Source: an uncultured Acidobacteriota bacterium (GTDB lineage Bacteria > Acidobacteriota > Thermoanaerobaculia > Multivoradales > UBA5704). Taken from it: a stretch of 64,000 nt of DNA. Positions 40,082 to 53,476 of the stretch are shown here, one piece after another. The DNA lies in NCBI GenBank assembly GCA_963700145.1, contig OY969474.1, positions 3,040,001 to 3,104,000 on the forward strand. The letters are read 5' to 3'. A program made the translations under genes and the position numbers. Position 1 is the first letter of the stretch, and each line of letters starts with the position of its first letter. A model generated the notes under the pieces. That model was given only the letters and a program-made list of their open reading frames with translations. It had not been told where the DNA came from and did no database searches.

Positions 40082-40740
40082 ACGGTCTCCGACCGGGCGC
40101 GCTGCCGCAGCTCGGTCATGGCTTGCAACGGATCCGGGGCGGCGAAGATGCCCGAGCCGACCACCGCCACCTCCACCCCGGCCGCGACGGCCTGCCGGAT
40201 GTTACCCCGGTCGAGCCCGCCGTCCATGGCGATCTCGACCCGGGCGGCCCGCGCCCGGGCGAGGGCGGCCAGGCGCCGCGCCTTGTCGAGAGCGTAGGGG
40301 AGGAAGGCCTGGCCGGCGAACCCGGGATTGACCGACATCAGGAGGACGAAGTCGAGGGCGGGCAGGACGTCGGCCAGGAGCTCGACCGGGGTCGCCGGGT
40401 TGAGCGCCACGCCGGCGCGCGCGCCGCCGTCCTTGATGCGCTGGAGCTGGCGGTCGAGGTGGGCCGTGGCCTCCCAGTGCACCGCCACCCGCGCCGCCCC
40501 GGCCGCGAGGTAGGCGTCGAGCAGCCGCTCGGGCTCCTCGACCATGAGGTGGACGTCGAGCGGCAGCCGGGTGCGACGGGCGAGCGCCTGAACGACCGGG
40601 ATCCCGAAGGTCAGGTTGGGGACGAAGCGGCCGTCCATGACGTCGACGTGCACGAGGTCGGCGCCCCCCTCTTCGCAGAGACGCAGGGCGCCGGCCAGGT
40701 CCGCCAAGTCGGCGGCGAGGATCGACGGCGCGAGCTGCAT
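40078..40740 (-). CDS. rpe: Ribulose-phosphate 3-epimerase
   Basis: APSILAAD, HVDVMDG.FVPN, DVHLM, MSVNPGF.GQ. Confidence 0.96.
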   Translation of the reverse strand: MQLAPSILAADLADLAGALRLCEEGGADLVHVDVMDGRFVPNLTFGIPVVQALARRTRLPLDVHLMVEEPERLLDAYLAAGAARVAVHWEATAHLDRQLQRIKDGGARAGVALNPATPVELLADVLPALDFVLLMSVNPGFAGQAFLPYALDKARRLAALARARAARVEIAMDGGLDRGNIRQAVAAGVEVAVVGSGIFAAPDPLQAMTELRQRARSETV

Positions 40741-40743
40741 CGG

Positions 40744-41589
40744 CTACCGCGCTCCTTCGGGCTCGGCGGTGGTGCCAGTCGTCGCCGGCGACGGCGCCGC
40801 GCCGGGCGTCTCGGGCGGGAGCGGCCCCGCGTCGTCGAGCAGCCCGGCGGCGGTGGCGACGGTCAGCGATACCGCGTCGCGCCGGGTCAGCGGGTGCCCA
40901 GGCAGTGGAAACTGGCGGAGGACGGTCCCGGCCGCCACGCCTTCGTAGCGCTCGTAGCGCACGCTCCCCAGGCGGAACCCCTGGCGCGCGAAGAAGGGGG
41001 CGATCTCCTCGTAGCGGCGGTAGACCAGGTCGGGCATCAGGAACTGCTCGCCCGGCGACGGCAGGGCGAGGACGAGATCGACGCGGCTCTCCGGGCGCGC
41101 CGTCGCCGCCGGCGGCGGGTGCTGGGCGACGACGGTGCCGGGGGCGCGGCGCGCCTCGAAGGCGGCGACGGTGCGGCCGACGACGAGCCCGACGGCGTTC
41201 AGAGTGACCTGCGCCGCCGGCACGCCGCGGCCGGCCAGGGTCGGCACCTCGATCCGCTGTGGCCCCAGGGAGTAGGTGACCTCGACACCGCTGCCGCGCT
41301 TGACCCAGGTGTTGGGACCGGGGCTCTGCAGCAGCACGTACCCGACGGGCACCTCGCTGTCGTAGCGGCCGCTCCCTTCGCCGGCGCGCAGGCGGAGTCC
41401 CTGGTCGGCCAGGGTGCGCGCGGCGTCGGCGCGCGCCATGCCGCGCAGGCTCGGCACGCGCGTCGCGCCGCTGCGCACGAAGAGGCTGAACGAGATGTAG
41501 GCGGCGAGCAGGAAGACGGCCCCGACCACCGCCGCATAGGCCAGCAGGGCGAGGGCCCGCAGCAGCTTCCGCAGCACCCGAAGGAGCAT
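40744..41589 (-). CDS. PASTA-domain protein
   Basis: TM helix plus three VP.L.G...Q.P repeats. Confidence 0.88.
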   Translation of the reverse strand: MLLRVLRKLLRALALLAYAAVVGAVFLLAAYISFSLFVRSGATRVPSLRGMARADAARTLADQGLRLRAGEGSGRYDSEVPVGYVLLQSPGPNTWVKRGSGVEVTYSLGPQRIEVPTLAGRGVPAAQVTLNAVGLVVGRTVAAFEARRAPGTVVAQHPPPAATARPESRVDLVLALPSPGEQFLMPDLVYRRYEEIAPFFARQGFRLGSVRYERYEGVAAGTVLRQFPLPGHPLTRRDAVSLTVATAAGLLDDAGPLPPETPGAAPSPATTGTTAEPEGAR

Positions 41590-41620
41590 AGCAGGCGGCG
41601 CTGGCTAGAATGCCCGCCCC

Positions 41621-42504
41621 ATGCCACCGCGCCGCCGCCGCAAGCACCCGCCGCTCGGCGCGCACCTCTCGGTCGCCGGCGGGCTGGTCAAGGCGTTCGC
41701 GCACGGCGCGGAGCTGGAGTGCGAGGCGGCGCAGATCTTCGTCAAGAACGCCAGCCGCTGGCAGGGGCGGGCGCTCGGCGACGAGGAGGCCGCCGCCTTC
41801 CGCGCCGCGCACGCGGCGAGCCGCGTCGGGCCGGTGGTGGCCCACGCCAGCTACCTGATCAACCTCGCGGCCACCGACCCGCTGGTGCTGGCGCGCTCGC
41901 GCGCCGCCCTCGCCGACGAGCTGCGGCGCTGCGCGCGGCTGGGGATCGGCGGGCTGGTGGTCCACCCCGGGGCGCACCTGGGATGCGGCGCCGAGGCGGG
42001 CGTGGCGCGGGTGGCGGCATCGCTCGACGCCGTGCTCGGGCCGCTGCTCGCGGAGCTGCCGGAGCTCGAGACGCGCGTCCTGCTCGAGAACACCGCCGGC
42101 CAGGGGAGCTGCCTCGGCTGCACGCTCGCGCGAGCTGGCGGCGATCCGCCGCGCCACGGCGCACCCCGAGCGCGTCGGCTTCTGCCTCGACACCTGCCAC
42201 GCCTTCGCGGCGGGGTACGCGGTGCACGAGGAGGAGGGCTACGGCGAGTTCGTCGCGGAGGTCGCGGAGACGCTCGGGCTCGCCGCGGTCGGCTGCTTCC
42301 ACTTGAACGACTCGGTGCGCCCCTTCGGCTCGCGGCGCGACCGCCACGCCCACATCGGCGAAGGCGAGATCGGCCTCGAGCCCTTCGCCCGCTTCCTCCA
42401 CGACCGCGCGGCTGCGCGAGATCCCGATGCTCCTCGAGACCGAGCCCGGCCTCGGCCTCGAAGGCCACCGCCGCGATCTGGAGAAGCTGCGCGGGCTGCT
42501 ATGA
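41621..42504 (+). CDS. nfo: Endonuclease IV (apparent frameshifts near 42131 and 42405)
   Basis: GAHLS.AGG, HASYLIN, HPG, ENTAGQG, then DTCH, HLNDS and DRH in shifted frames. Confidence 0.88.
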
Positions 42505-42505
42505 C

Positions 42506-43207
42506 CTAGAACGGCCCGGCGGCGGCGTAGACGACCCAGACGCCGATGCCGACCGCACCCAGGCCGACCAGCGTCTCGAGCGTGTTGTGCGCGCCTCCGA
42601 GCAGGCCGGCCGTGTGCCGCAGCGGCAGCGAGATGGCCGCCGACAGCGCCGCCATGCCGAGGACGGCGCCGACGCTGAAGCAGGCGATGTAAAGCAGGCT
42701 CACGGCCGGCGAGCTGAGGGTCGAAGCGACCAGTAGGAGCAGCGCCGCCGAGCCGGCGAGGCCGTGCAGCATGCCGACGCCGACGGCGCGCCAGGGGAGG
42801 CGTTCGGCGTGAGCGTGCCGGTGGTGCTCGGGGTCGTGCGCCTCCTCGGCCGCGTGGCGGTGCGCGTGCAGATGGACGGTGCCGTCGTCGTGCCGGTGCA
42901 GGTGCACGTGCACGCGGCGCTGGATGACGCGGCGCAGCACGCCCCAGCCGAGCACGATCAGCATCACGCCGATCCCCGCCTCCAGCAGGCGGGCGGCCTG
43001 CTCCGGCACCGCCAGCCGGAACAGCAGGCAGACGCCGCCGACGGCGAGCAGCACGACGCCGTGGCCGGCCCCCCAGGCAGCCCCCTGCAGCACGGTGCGA
43101 CCGAGGCCCCGCTGGCGCGTCGCCAGCGCCGCCACCGCCGCCAGATGGTCGGCCTCCAGCGCGTGGCGCAGGCCGAGCAGGATGCCGAGGAGCAGGAAGG
43201 AGGTCAG
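42506..43207 (-). CDS. NiCoT/UreH-like nickel/cobalt transporter
   Basis: RHALEADHLAAV, His-rich loop, GMLHGLAGS; frame extends upstream to a CTG at 43207. Confidence 0.85.
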   Translation of the reverse strand: MTSFLLLGILLGLRHALEADHLAAVAALATRQRGLGRTVLQGAAWGAGHGVVLLAVGGVCLLFRLAVPEQAARLLEAGIGVMLIVLGWGVLRRVIQRRVHVHLHRHDDGTVHLHAHRHAAEEAHDPEHHRHAHAERLPWRAVGVGMLHGLAGSAALLLLVASTLSSPAVSLLYIACFSVGAVLGMAALSAAISLPLRHTAGLLGGAHNTLETLVGLGAVGIGVWVVYAAAGPF

Positions 43208-43716
43208 TTCACCCAGCGATCGACCAGCCGGTTGATCACGCTCTTGGGGTAGCTCGCGGTCGGCGAAGGCTGGCTCTTGAGGAGCTTGACGACCTGGGGC
43301 AGCGCCTCGGCGACGGCGGGGGCCGGGTTGGCGTGCCAGAGGATGCGCTGGCGGCGGCTGACCAGGAAGAGCGCCGGAGGGGCTTGCTGGCCTTCCTCGG
43401 CGGCGACGCCGTAGGCGGCGGAGAAGTTGCGGTCGTCGTGGAGCAGCGGGAAGAGCAGCTTGCGCTCGGCCTGGAGAGCCTTGAGCGCGTCGAGCGGCAG
43501 CGGCGAGACGGCGAGCACCCGGCAGGTCAGCGGCGCCAGCTCGTCGAGGCCGCGGTTGAGCGCGTCGAGGTCGTTCCGCACCTGCTCGCTGCCGGCCTCG
43601 GCGAAGAAGTAGAGCACCTGCGTGGTGCGGATCACCTCGTCGCGCAGCATCAGCAGCACGCCCTCGGTCGAGCTGAGGTCGAAGTTGGGGGCTTCGTCGC
43701 CGGTCGACACCGCCAT
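43204..43716 (-). CDS. Peroxiredoxin/BCP-like redoxin lacking the canonical catalytic Cys motif
   Basis: GDEAPNFDL, VLYFF, VLAVS, FPLLHD...AYGV. Confidence 0.75.
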   Translation of the reverse strand: MAVSTGDEAPNFDLSSTEGVLLMLRDEVIRTTQVLYFFAEAGSEQVRNDLDALNRGLDELAPLTCRVLAVSPLPLDALKALQAERKLLFPLLHDDRNFSAAYGVAAEEGQQAPPALFLVSRRQRILWHANPAPAVAEALPQVVKLLKSQPSPTASYPKSVINRLVDRWVN

Positions 43717-43725
43717 GCCTGACTC

Positions 43726-45033
43726 CTAGGAGCCCGAGAACAGTCCCGGCAGCCGTTTGACGACGTCGAAATATAACACCGTGACCATCAGGATCAGGAT
43801 GAGCACGAAGCCCACCTGCGTGATCACCTCCTTGAGACGCAAGGAGAGGTCGCGGCGGATCACCGACTCGACGAACAGGATGGCGACCTGGCCGCCGTCG
43901 AGCACCGGGATCGGCATCAGGTTCAAGATCGCGATGCTCAGGCTGATGAAGCCCATCAGGTGGACGAGCTCGCGGAAGCCGCGCCGCGCCGCCTCGCCGG
44001 TGCGCGCCGCGATCTCGATCGGCCCAGAGAGCGCCCCCTTGGCCGAGAGCTCGCGGCGGAAGATCTTGCCCAGCACGCGGAAGGTCTCGCGGGTGAGCCG
44101 GAGGTTGTACTCGACGCTCTCGCCGAAGGCGCGCAGCGGCCCGTAGCGCTGGAAGTAGCCGAGCGAGATGCCGATCCTGCCGTCGGCGCGCGGCACCACC
44201 GGGATCGTCATCCGCCGCCCCGCGCGCTCGATCTCCAGCTCCAGCCGTTGGCCCGCCCGCTGCCGGACGTGGGCCACGAACTGCTCGCTGTTGGCGACCG
44301 GCACGCCGTCGATCCGGACCAGCTCGTCGTCGGGCCGCAGCCCCGCCTTCTCGGCCGGGCTCCCGGGCTCGACGCCGACGATCTCCGGCCGCACCACCGG
44401 GAAGAGGCCGGCGAAGTCGGCGCCGATCGCCTCGTTCGGGTCGCCTTTCGGGGTGACCACGGCGGTGAAGGTCCGCTCGGCGCGCTGCACCCGCAGCCGC
44501 ACCGGGCGGTCGGGCGAGTAGGCGAGCTCGCTCGCCACGTCGAGCCAGCTCTCGGCCCGCTTGCCGTTGACCGCCAGCACCCGGTCGCCGCTCTGGAGGC
44601 CGGCGCGGGCGCCCGAGGAGCCCGGCTCGACCACGCCAATGACCGGCGGCACGTCCGGCAGGTGCGGCACCTCGATCCCCACCATGAAGAGACCGGCGAA
44701 GAGGACGATCGCCAGGAGAACGTTCATCGTCGGGCCGGCCAGGTAGACCAGCACCCGCTGCCAGCGCGGCTTGCTCAGGAAGTCCCGCGGGTCGCCGCTC
44801 GTCTCGTCCGGGTTCTCGCCGCCGAGCTTCACGTACCCCCCGAGCGGGACGGCCGCGACCTTGTACTCGGTCTCGCCGCGGCGGAACCCCCAGATACGCT
44901 TGCCGAAGCCGAGCGAGAAGGCGAGGACGCGCACGCCGAAGGCCTTGGCCACGAGCAGGTGCCCCGCCTCGTGGACGAAAATGATCAGCCCCAGCGCGAC
45001 GACGAAGGACAGAACGTTGGTCAAGAGATCCAT
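43726..45033 (-). CDS. rseP: RIP metalloprotease RseP
   Basis: HEAGH, PLGGYVK, two PDZ domains, NLMPIPVLDGG. Confidence 0.96.
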   Translation of the reverse strand: MDLLTNVLSFVVALGLIIFVHEAGHLLVAKAFGVRVLAFSLGFGKRIWGFRRGETEYKVAAVPLGGYVKLGGENPDETSGDPRDFLSKPRWQRVLVYLAGPTMNVLLAIVLFAGLFMVGIEVPHLPDVPPVIGVVEPGSSGARAGLQSGDRVLAVNGKRAESWLDVASELAYSPDRPVRLRVQRAERTFTAVVTPKGDPNEAIGADFAGLFPVVRPEIVGVEPGSPAEKAGLRPDDELVRIDGVPVANSEQFVAHVRQRAGQRLELEIERAGRRMTIPVVPRADGRIGISLGYFQRYGPLRAFGESVEYNLRLTRETFRVLGKIFRRELSAKGALSGPIEIAARTGEAARRGFRELVHLMGFISLSIAILNLMPIPVLDGGQVAILFVESVIRRDLSLRLKEVITQVGFVLILILMVTVLYFDVVKRLPGLFSGS

Positions 45034-45096
45034 GGCGTGTACCCCAACCCCGCCCCGCGGGCGGGCATTCCCCCGCGCCTCAGGGGCGCGCGCGGG

Positions 45097-45928
45097 TCAA
45101 ACCGTGCCGGTTCCCAGGAGCCAGGCCCCGAGCAGCAGCACCGGAGCGGCGAAGAGCATGGCGTCCATCCGGTCGAGCATGCCGCCGTGACCCGGCAGCA
45201 GGCGCCCGGAGTCCTTGACCCCGGCGCCGCGCTTGATCATCGATTCCACCAGGTCTCCGACCTGCGCCGCCACCCCGGTCATCGCGGCGAGCGCCAGGAT
45301 CCCCGGCCGCAGCGCGCCGTGCCGCGCCACGCTCCAGACGGCGCCGGCGACGAGCGCCACGGCGAGCCCCACCACCGCCCCCTCCCAGGTCTTCTTCGGC
45401 GAGACCACCGGCGCCATGTGGTGGCGGCCGAAGCGCGAGCCGAAGTAGAAGGCCGCGGTGTCCCCCAGCCAGACGATGGAAAGCAGGAGGAAGAGCAGCC
45501 AGGGATCGAGCTGCTGCAGGCGGTGGAGGCTGGCGATCGGCAGCGCGAAGTAGGGGATGCCGAAGCCGATGACGCCGATCGCGAAGACGGTCTCCTCGAG
45601 CGGCGTGCGCGACAGCAGCAAGAGGCTGCCGACGCCGACCGAGAGGAGGAGGCCGCCGAGCAGGAGCTGCACCGGCGGATGCCCCAACGGCCCCGGCTCC
45701 CGCGCCTCGGAGAAGGCCGCGGCGAGCCCCGCCGCGGCGATCGGCACGAACACCAGCAGGGCGCGCAACGGCGCGTGCGGCGCGCGCGGCCGGACGATCG
45801 CCACGTACTCGGCCGACCGCCGCCTCGATCAGCAGCGCCATGATGGCGAAGAACCACACCCCGGGCAGGAAGAAGACCGCGGCGAGGGTCAGTGGGGCGC
45901 CCACCGCGGCGGTGACCAGGCGCTGCAT
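45097..45928 (-). CDS. cdsA: Phosphatidate cytidylyltransferase (frameshift near 45812)
   Basis: DTAAFY.G, SPKKTWEG, KR..GVKDSG.LLPGHGG.LDR.D. Confidence 0.92.
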
Positions 45929-45937
45929 GCGGGGCGG

Positions 45938-46747
45938 CTATCCGGAGCGGCGGCCGGCGCCGGGGGCGAAGAGGTCCTCTTCCGGCTTGACGCCGCCGTA
46001 GCGGCGGTCGCGGCGCTGGAAGTCGAGGACCGCTTCGAAGAGGTCGCGGCGCCGGAACTCCGGCCAGAGGGTGTTGGTGACCCAGATCTCGGTGTAGGCG
46101 ATCTGCCAGAGGAGGAAGTTGGAGACCCGCAGCTCGCCCGAGGTGCGGACCAGGAGGTCGGGGTCGGGCTGGCCGGAGGTGTAGAGGTAGCGGTCGAGGG
46201 TCTCCTCGTCGATGTCGGCGCGCTTGCCGGCGGCCCAGTCGGCGACGATCTTGCGGCAGGCGTCGACGATCTCGCAGCGGCCGGAGTAGTTGAGGGCGAT
46301 GTTGAAGTGCATGCCCCGGCAGTCGCGGGTGGCTTCGAGGGCGCGGTCGAGCTCGCGCACGACGGTGGTGTCGAGGTCGCGCCAGCGGCCGAGGACGTGG
46401 AAGCGGATGTCGTTTTCGACCAGGGTCTCGGTCTCTTTCCGCACGTACTCTTTGAGCAGGTTCATCAGGGTCCAGACTTCGAAGCGCGGGCGCTTCTGGT
46501 TCTCGACGGAGAAGGCGTAGAGGGTGAGGACTTCGAGGCCGAGCTGGGCGGCGGCTTCGACGGTGTCGCGCACGGATTCGACTCCGGCGCGGTGGCCTTC
46601 GACGCGCGGCAGGTTGCGCGAGCGGGCCCAGCGGCCGTTGCCGTCCATGATGATGGCGACGTGGCGCGGCAGGCGGGCGAGGTCTAGGCGCCGGACCAGC
46701 AGTTCTTCGGGGGTGCCGGGCTCGGCGAGTTTCGAGTGATCGGCCAT
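45938..46747 (-). CDS. uppS: Undecaprenyl diphosphate synthase
   Basis: HVAIIMDGNGRW, YAFS.EN, RTSGE.RVSNFLLWQ. Confidence 0.97.
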   Translation of the reverse strand: MADHSKLAEPGTPEELLVRRLDLARLPRHVAIIMDGNGRWARSRNLPRVEGHRAGVESVRDTVEAAAQLGLEVLTLYAFSVENQKRPRFEVWTLMNLLKEYVRKETETLVENDIRFHVLGRWRDLDTTVVRELDRALEATRDCRGMHFNIALNYSGRCEIVDACRKIVADWAAGKRADIDEETLDRYLYTSGQPDPDLLVRTSGELRVSNFLLWQIAYTEIWVTNTLWPEFRRRDLFEAVLDFQRRDRRYGGVKPEEDLFAPGAGRRSG

Positions 46748-46771
46748 CGGCGACGGGGGCGGCCTACGGTA

Positions 46772-47575
<804 letters not shown>

Positions 47576-48948
47576 CGCGCCTCCCAGCGGCCGCGCCCGA
47601 GCGCCAGGAGGAGGAGGAAGAACGGCCCCCAGATCGCCAGCCAGAGCCAGGGGAAGAGCGGCACACCGGCGGTCTGGGCGAGGTAGGAGAGCGGCAGCAG
47701 CGCCGCGAGCGCCAGCCACGCCGGGTGGCGGGCGAGCGCGGCCCAGGGGAGGACCCAGAGGAGGTACCAGGGGTAGACCGTGGCGGAGAGCAGCAGGGCG
47801 CGCCCGAAGAGCCGGCCGGTGCCGGCGACGAGGTCGCGCTCGCGCCGGGAGGCGGCGATCGCGGCGAGGAGCCCCACCCCGAGGATCGCCTTGGCCATGA
47901 GCTGCGGGGTAGACGTAGGGGTAGACCCGCTCGAAGAGGTACCAGCGCTCGCTCCGCCGCTCGATCCATTCGAGCAGCGCCTTCGTGCGCGGCGCCGCGT
48001 CGACCGCGTCGAGCAGGCGCCAGAGCGGCTCGAAGAGCGGCCCGTCGAACTCCCACGTCCGGCCGTAGACGAGGAGGCCCGGCGGCACGCCGCCGGTCGC
48101 CGCCACGACGGGCCCGCAGGCCAGGACGAGGAGCGCGAGCGCCGTCCCCCAGAACCGCCGGCGCGACGCGCCGGCCGGGTACGCCCGCCCCCAGAGCGGC
48201 AGCGCGACGAGCGGCACCAGCTTGGTCAGGGCGCCGGCGGCGGCGCAGGCGGCCGCGGCAACGGGCGAGCGCCGCCTCGTAAGGAGCAGCACGGCGCCCA
48301 GGCACGCCGCCACGCCGAGCGCGTCGACGTGCCCCATCCCCGCGGTCTCCAGCGCCACCAGCGGGTTCCAGGCGTACCAGACCGTGCGTCCCGCCGGCAC
48401 CCCCAGCCGCCGCGCCAACGCCAGCAGCAGGGCGCAGGCGGCGAGGTCGCCGGCCACCGCCAGCGCCTTCCACAGCGGCAGGGGCCACGGGGTCCTAGCG
48501 GCTATACTGAATGCCGCGACGGCGAGCGGCGGATAGACCGTCGGCACCTGGCGATGCGGGAGAGCGCGCCAGAGCTCGTCGCGCAGAGGGGCGAGCTCGG
48601 CGGCCGCCGGGGGGAGCGCGTAGGGATTGCGGCCGGCCGCGGCCACCCTCCCGTCCCACAGGTAGCGCAGCACGTCGTCGGACAGCGTCGGAGCGAGCGG
48701 GAGCAGGGGGAGCCGTAGCAGCAGCGCCCCGGCGAGGACGGCTGCGCGCACCGAGCCGGAGTCCACCTCCAGGCGGCCGGCGGCACTCCACAAGGCGAGA
48801 CAGCCCAGCGCCAACAGCGCCAGGGCGGAGGGCAGATGGTCGGAGAGCGGATCGAGAGCGAGCAGGCCGAGCGCCACCGCGAGGAGCGGCAGCGCGTGGA
48901 CGAGCGGCCGCAGGCCCGGCGCAGAGCCGCCCTCCGGAGAGCTGGAGG

Positions 48949-50476
<1,528 letters not shown>

Positions 50477-50569
50477 CGCCGAGCGACGGCTCCGCCACAG
50501 GTTTACGAGTCGCGCGGCGCCGAGCGTCTGCGCCAAGCGCTCGCCGCACGGCGTGCGTAGACCTGCGCG

Positions 50570-52074
50570 ATGGTGCGGCCTCGTTACGTCGTCGCGGTGC
50601 TCGCGTTCGTCCTGCCGATCGCGGGCGCCGCGCAGTGCAGCGAGCGGCCGGGGCCGCCGAACCTCGTGCTCCTGGTGCTCGACGACCTCGACGTGGCGAT
50701 GGGGAGCCTCGGCGCGATGGCCTCGGCGCGCCGCCTGGCGGCCGAAGGGACGAGCTTCACCCACTACTTCGCCTCGACGCCGATCTGCTGTCCGTCGCGC
50801 GCCACGATGCTGCTCGGGCAGTTCGCCCACGACCACGGCGTCATGACCGCCGCGCCGCCGCTCGGCGGCTTCCCGCGCGTCTTCGCCTCCAACCTCGAGG
50901 CCGACGCCCTGCCGGTCGCCCTGCAGGAGGCCGGCTACCGCACGGCGCTTCTCGGGAAGTACTTCATCGGCTACCCGGGCGACGCCGGCGACGACTACGT
51001 CCCGCCCGGCTGGGACGACTGGCTGAGCCCGCTCCGGCTCTTCACCTACTTCGGCGACCTCCTCAACGACAACGGGCGCACGGTGTACCGCGGGCACACG
51101 CCGAAGGACTACTCGACGGACGTCCTGGCCGAGCGGGCGCTCGAGTTCGTGCGCGCCGCCGAGCGCGACGACCGCCCGTTCTTCCTGCTGCTGGCGCCGC
51201 TCGCGCCGCACCGGCCCACCGTCCCCGCGCCCCGCCACCGCGACACCTTCCCGAACGCCCGCCTCCCCCGCGTCCCCTCGTTCGACGAGCGCGACGTCTC
51301 CGACAAGCCGGCGTACCTGCGGGCGCTGCCGCGGCTCTCCCGGTCCGAGATCGAGGCCTACGACGGGATCTACCGCGGGCGCCTGCAGACGCTGCCGGCG
51401 GTCGACGACCTGGTGCGGCGGCTGCTCGACACCCTCGCCCGGCTCGACCTGGCCGGACGGACCTACGTCTTCCTCACCTCCGACAACGGCTTCCACCTCG
51501 GGCACCACCGGCTGCGGGCCGGGAAGGCGAGCCCCTATGAAGAGGACGTGCGCCTGCCGCTCCTCGTCACCGGCCCCGGGGTGCCGCGCGGCCGGCGCCT
51601 CGCCCACCTCGCCCTCGGCGTGGACCTGGCGCCGACCCTCGCCCAGCTCGCGGGCGCGCGGCTGGCGCGCCCGGCCGACGGGCGCTCGCTCGTCCCGCTC
51701 CTCGCGCTCCGACGTCTCGCCGCCCGCGGCTTTCCGCCGCGTCGGCCTGCTGGAGCTGCCGGCGGTGGAGCCGGAGGCGGCGCCGGCGGCGGCGGCCGTC
51801 GCGGACGCGGACGGGACGCTCGTTCAAGCGCGCCTCGGGGCCGCCGCAGGGCTTCGCCGGCCTGCGCACCCACCGCCTCAAGTACGTCGAGCACCGCTCG
51901 GGCGAGCGGCGAGCTCTACGACCTCGCGCACGGACCCCTACGAGCTGCGCAACCTCGCCGCCGCCGTGCCGCCGGAGACGCTCGCCCGACTGGCCGGCGT
52001 CCTGCGCGCCCTGGCGACTTGCCGGGGGGCAGGTTGTCGCCAAGCCGACCGCGCCGCGATCCGCTGGCCGGTGA
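50570..52074 (+). CDS. Sulfatase (3' part frameshifted; end approximate)
   Basis: LDD, CCPSRA formylglycine motif, GKY, SDNG, YEEDVRLPL. Confidence 0.88.
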
Positions 52075-52096
52075 GCCGCGGGCTAAACTACCGGCC

Positions 52097-52641
52097 ATGG
52101 CGATCGCCGAGCGCCGTGCGGACCTGGAGATCACCCTGCGGCCGGCCGCCCCGCGCGACGCCGAGCTCCTCCGCCTCTGGCGCTCCGAGCCCTCGGTGCG
52201 CCGCCACCAGCCGCTCAACGACCTGCCGGTGTCGCAGCTCCGCGCCGACGTCGCCAGCCAGCGCATCGCCGACCTCTACCGCGGCCGCGGCGAGAAGTTC
52301 CAGTGGATCGTCCGGTCGCGACGGCCAGCCGGCGGGGTGGATCACCCTGGTGGTGAGCAACTGGGAGCACGGCCTGGCCGAGGTCGGCTACGCCCTCTCG
52401 ACCCCCTTCCAGCGCCGCGGGCTGATGAGCGAGGCGCTGCGCCATCCTCCTCGAGGACCTCTTCGCCAACACCACGCTCGAGCGGATCGAGGCGCGCTGC
52501 GCGGTCGAGAACGTCGGCTCGCAGCGGGTGCTCGAGAAGAACGACTTCCGCCGCGAGAGGCCGCTGCTCGGCTACTTCAAGCTGCGCGGCCGCCGGGTCG
52601 ACAACTACCTCTACGGCCGGCTGCGCGAGCCCGCCGGCTGA
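52097..52641 (+). CDS. RimJ/RimL-type GNAT acetyltransferase (frameshifted)
   Basis: AEVGYALS...RGLMSEA and N.GSQRVLEK in different frames. Confidence 0.82.
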
Positions 52642-52650
52642 CGGCCCGTC

Positions 52651-53445
52651 CTACTCGTCGCCTTCGCCGTCCGACTCGACGAACGGGCGGACGTCGAGCT
52701 TCACCTGGTGCTCGGCCGCGACGAACCCGGCCGGCGAGGCGCCCCGGAAGTAGTGCCGCTGCCAGCCGGCGCGGTGGGCCGCCGAGCCCGGGTGGGCGAG
52801 GTCCTGGTTGAAGCGTCGGCGGTCCTCGCTCCACGCCTTGTGCGCGCGAGCCAGCTCCGGCGCGCTCGCCAGCGGGCGGACCTCCGGGTCGAAGCGCTCG
52901 ACCTCGTACCGCGCCTGCGGCGCGATCATCGCGATCGGCTGCCCCTTGGGGAAGTCGACCCAGGCGCCGGGCCGCGTCAGCAGCCAGTTCATGGTGAAGC
53001 TCGCCACCGCCCAGTCGGCCTCGACGATCCCGTCGAGCGGGAACGCCCCGTCGACCGGCAGGTTGGCCGGCCCGCGCACCAGCAGGTTGTAGCCGGGCGG
53101 CGTGCGGAAGAGGAACGGGACGTGCCAGGTGAGGACGCCGCAGCCGAAGTGGCTCACCGCGACCGGCGGCGGCGCGGGCGGGTCCTGCTCGACGACGAGA
53201 TCCTCGCAGCGCGCGCCCCCGTTCCAGCAGGCGCGCACCGCGACGTCCTGGACGACGAGCCACCCGGCCTGATTCGCCACCACCAGCGGCAGGCAGCGGT
53301 AAGCGAACCGCCGCGAGCTGGCGTCCATCCAGTCGCGCGTCGCCGGCGCCGGCACGAGGCGCAGCGGCAGGTCGGAGACCCGGTAGGCGACGAGAGGGAG
53401 CCGCTCAGTCTCGCCGCCGCCGTGGGCCAGCTCTTCGCGCTTCAC
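52651..53445 (-). CDS. DUF6065-like protein
   Basis: R.WMD....AYRCLPL..ANQAGW, SHFG.G, GPAN, FTMNW. Confidence 0.8.
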   Translation of the reverse strand: MKREELAHGGGETERLPLVAYRVSDLPLRLVPAPATRDWMDASSRRFAYRCLPLVVANQAGWLVVQDVAVRACWNGGARCEDLVVEQDPPAPPPVAVSHFGCGVLTWHVPFLFRTPPGYNLLVRGPANLPVDGAFPLDGIVEADWAVASFTMNWLLTRPGAWVDFPKGQPIAMIAPQARYEVERFDPEVRPLASAPELARAHKAWSEDRRRFNQDLAHPGSAAHRAGWQRHYFRGASPAGFVAAEHQVKLDVRPFVESDGEGDE

Positions 53446-53476
53446 TTCGAATCACGAGCTGCAAAAGGTGGACCGC

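Noticed and set aside
50570-52753. Apparent sulfatase-GNAT fusion
   Set aside because: Result of indels; the GNAT gene has its own ATG at 52097
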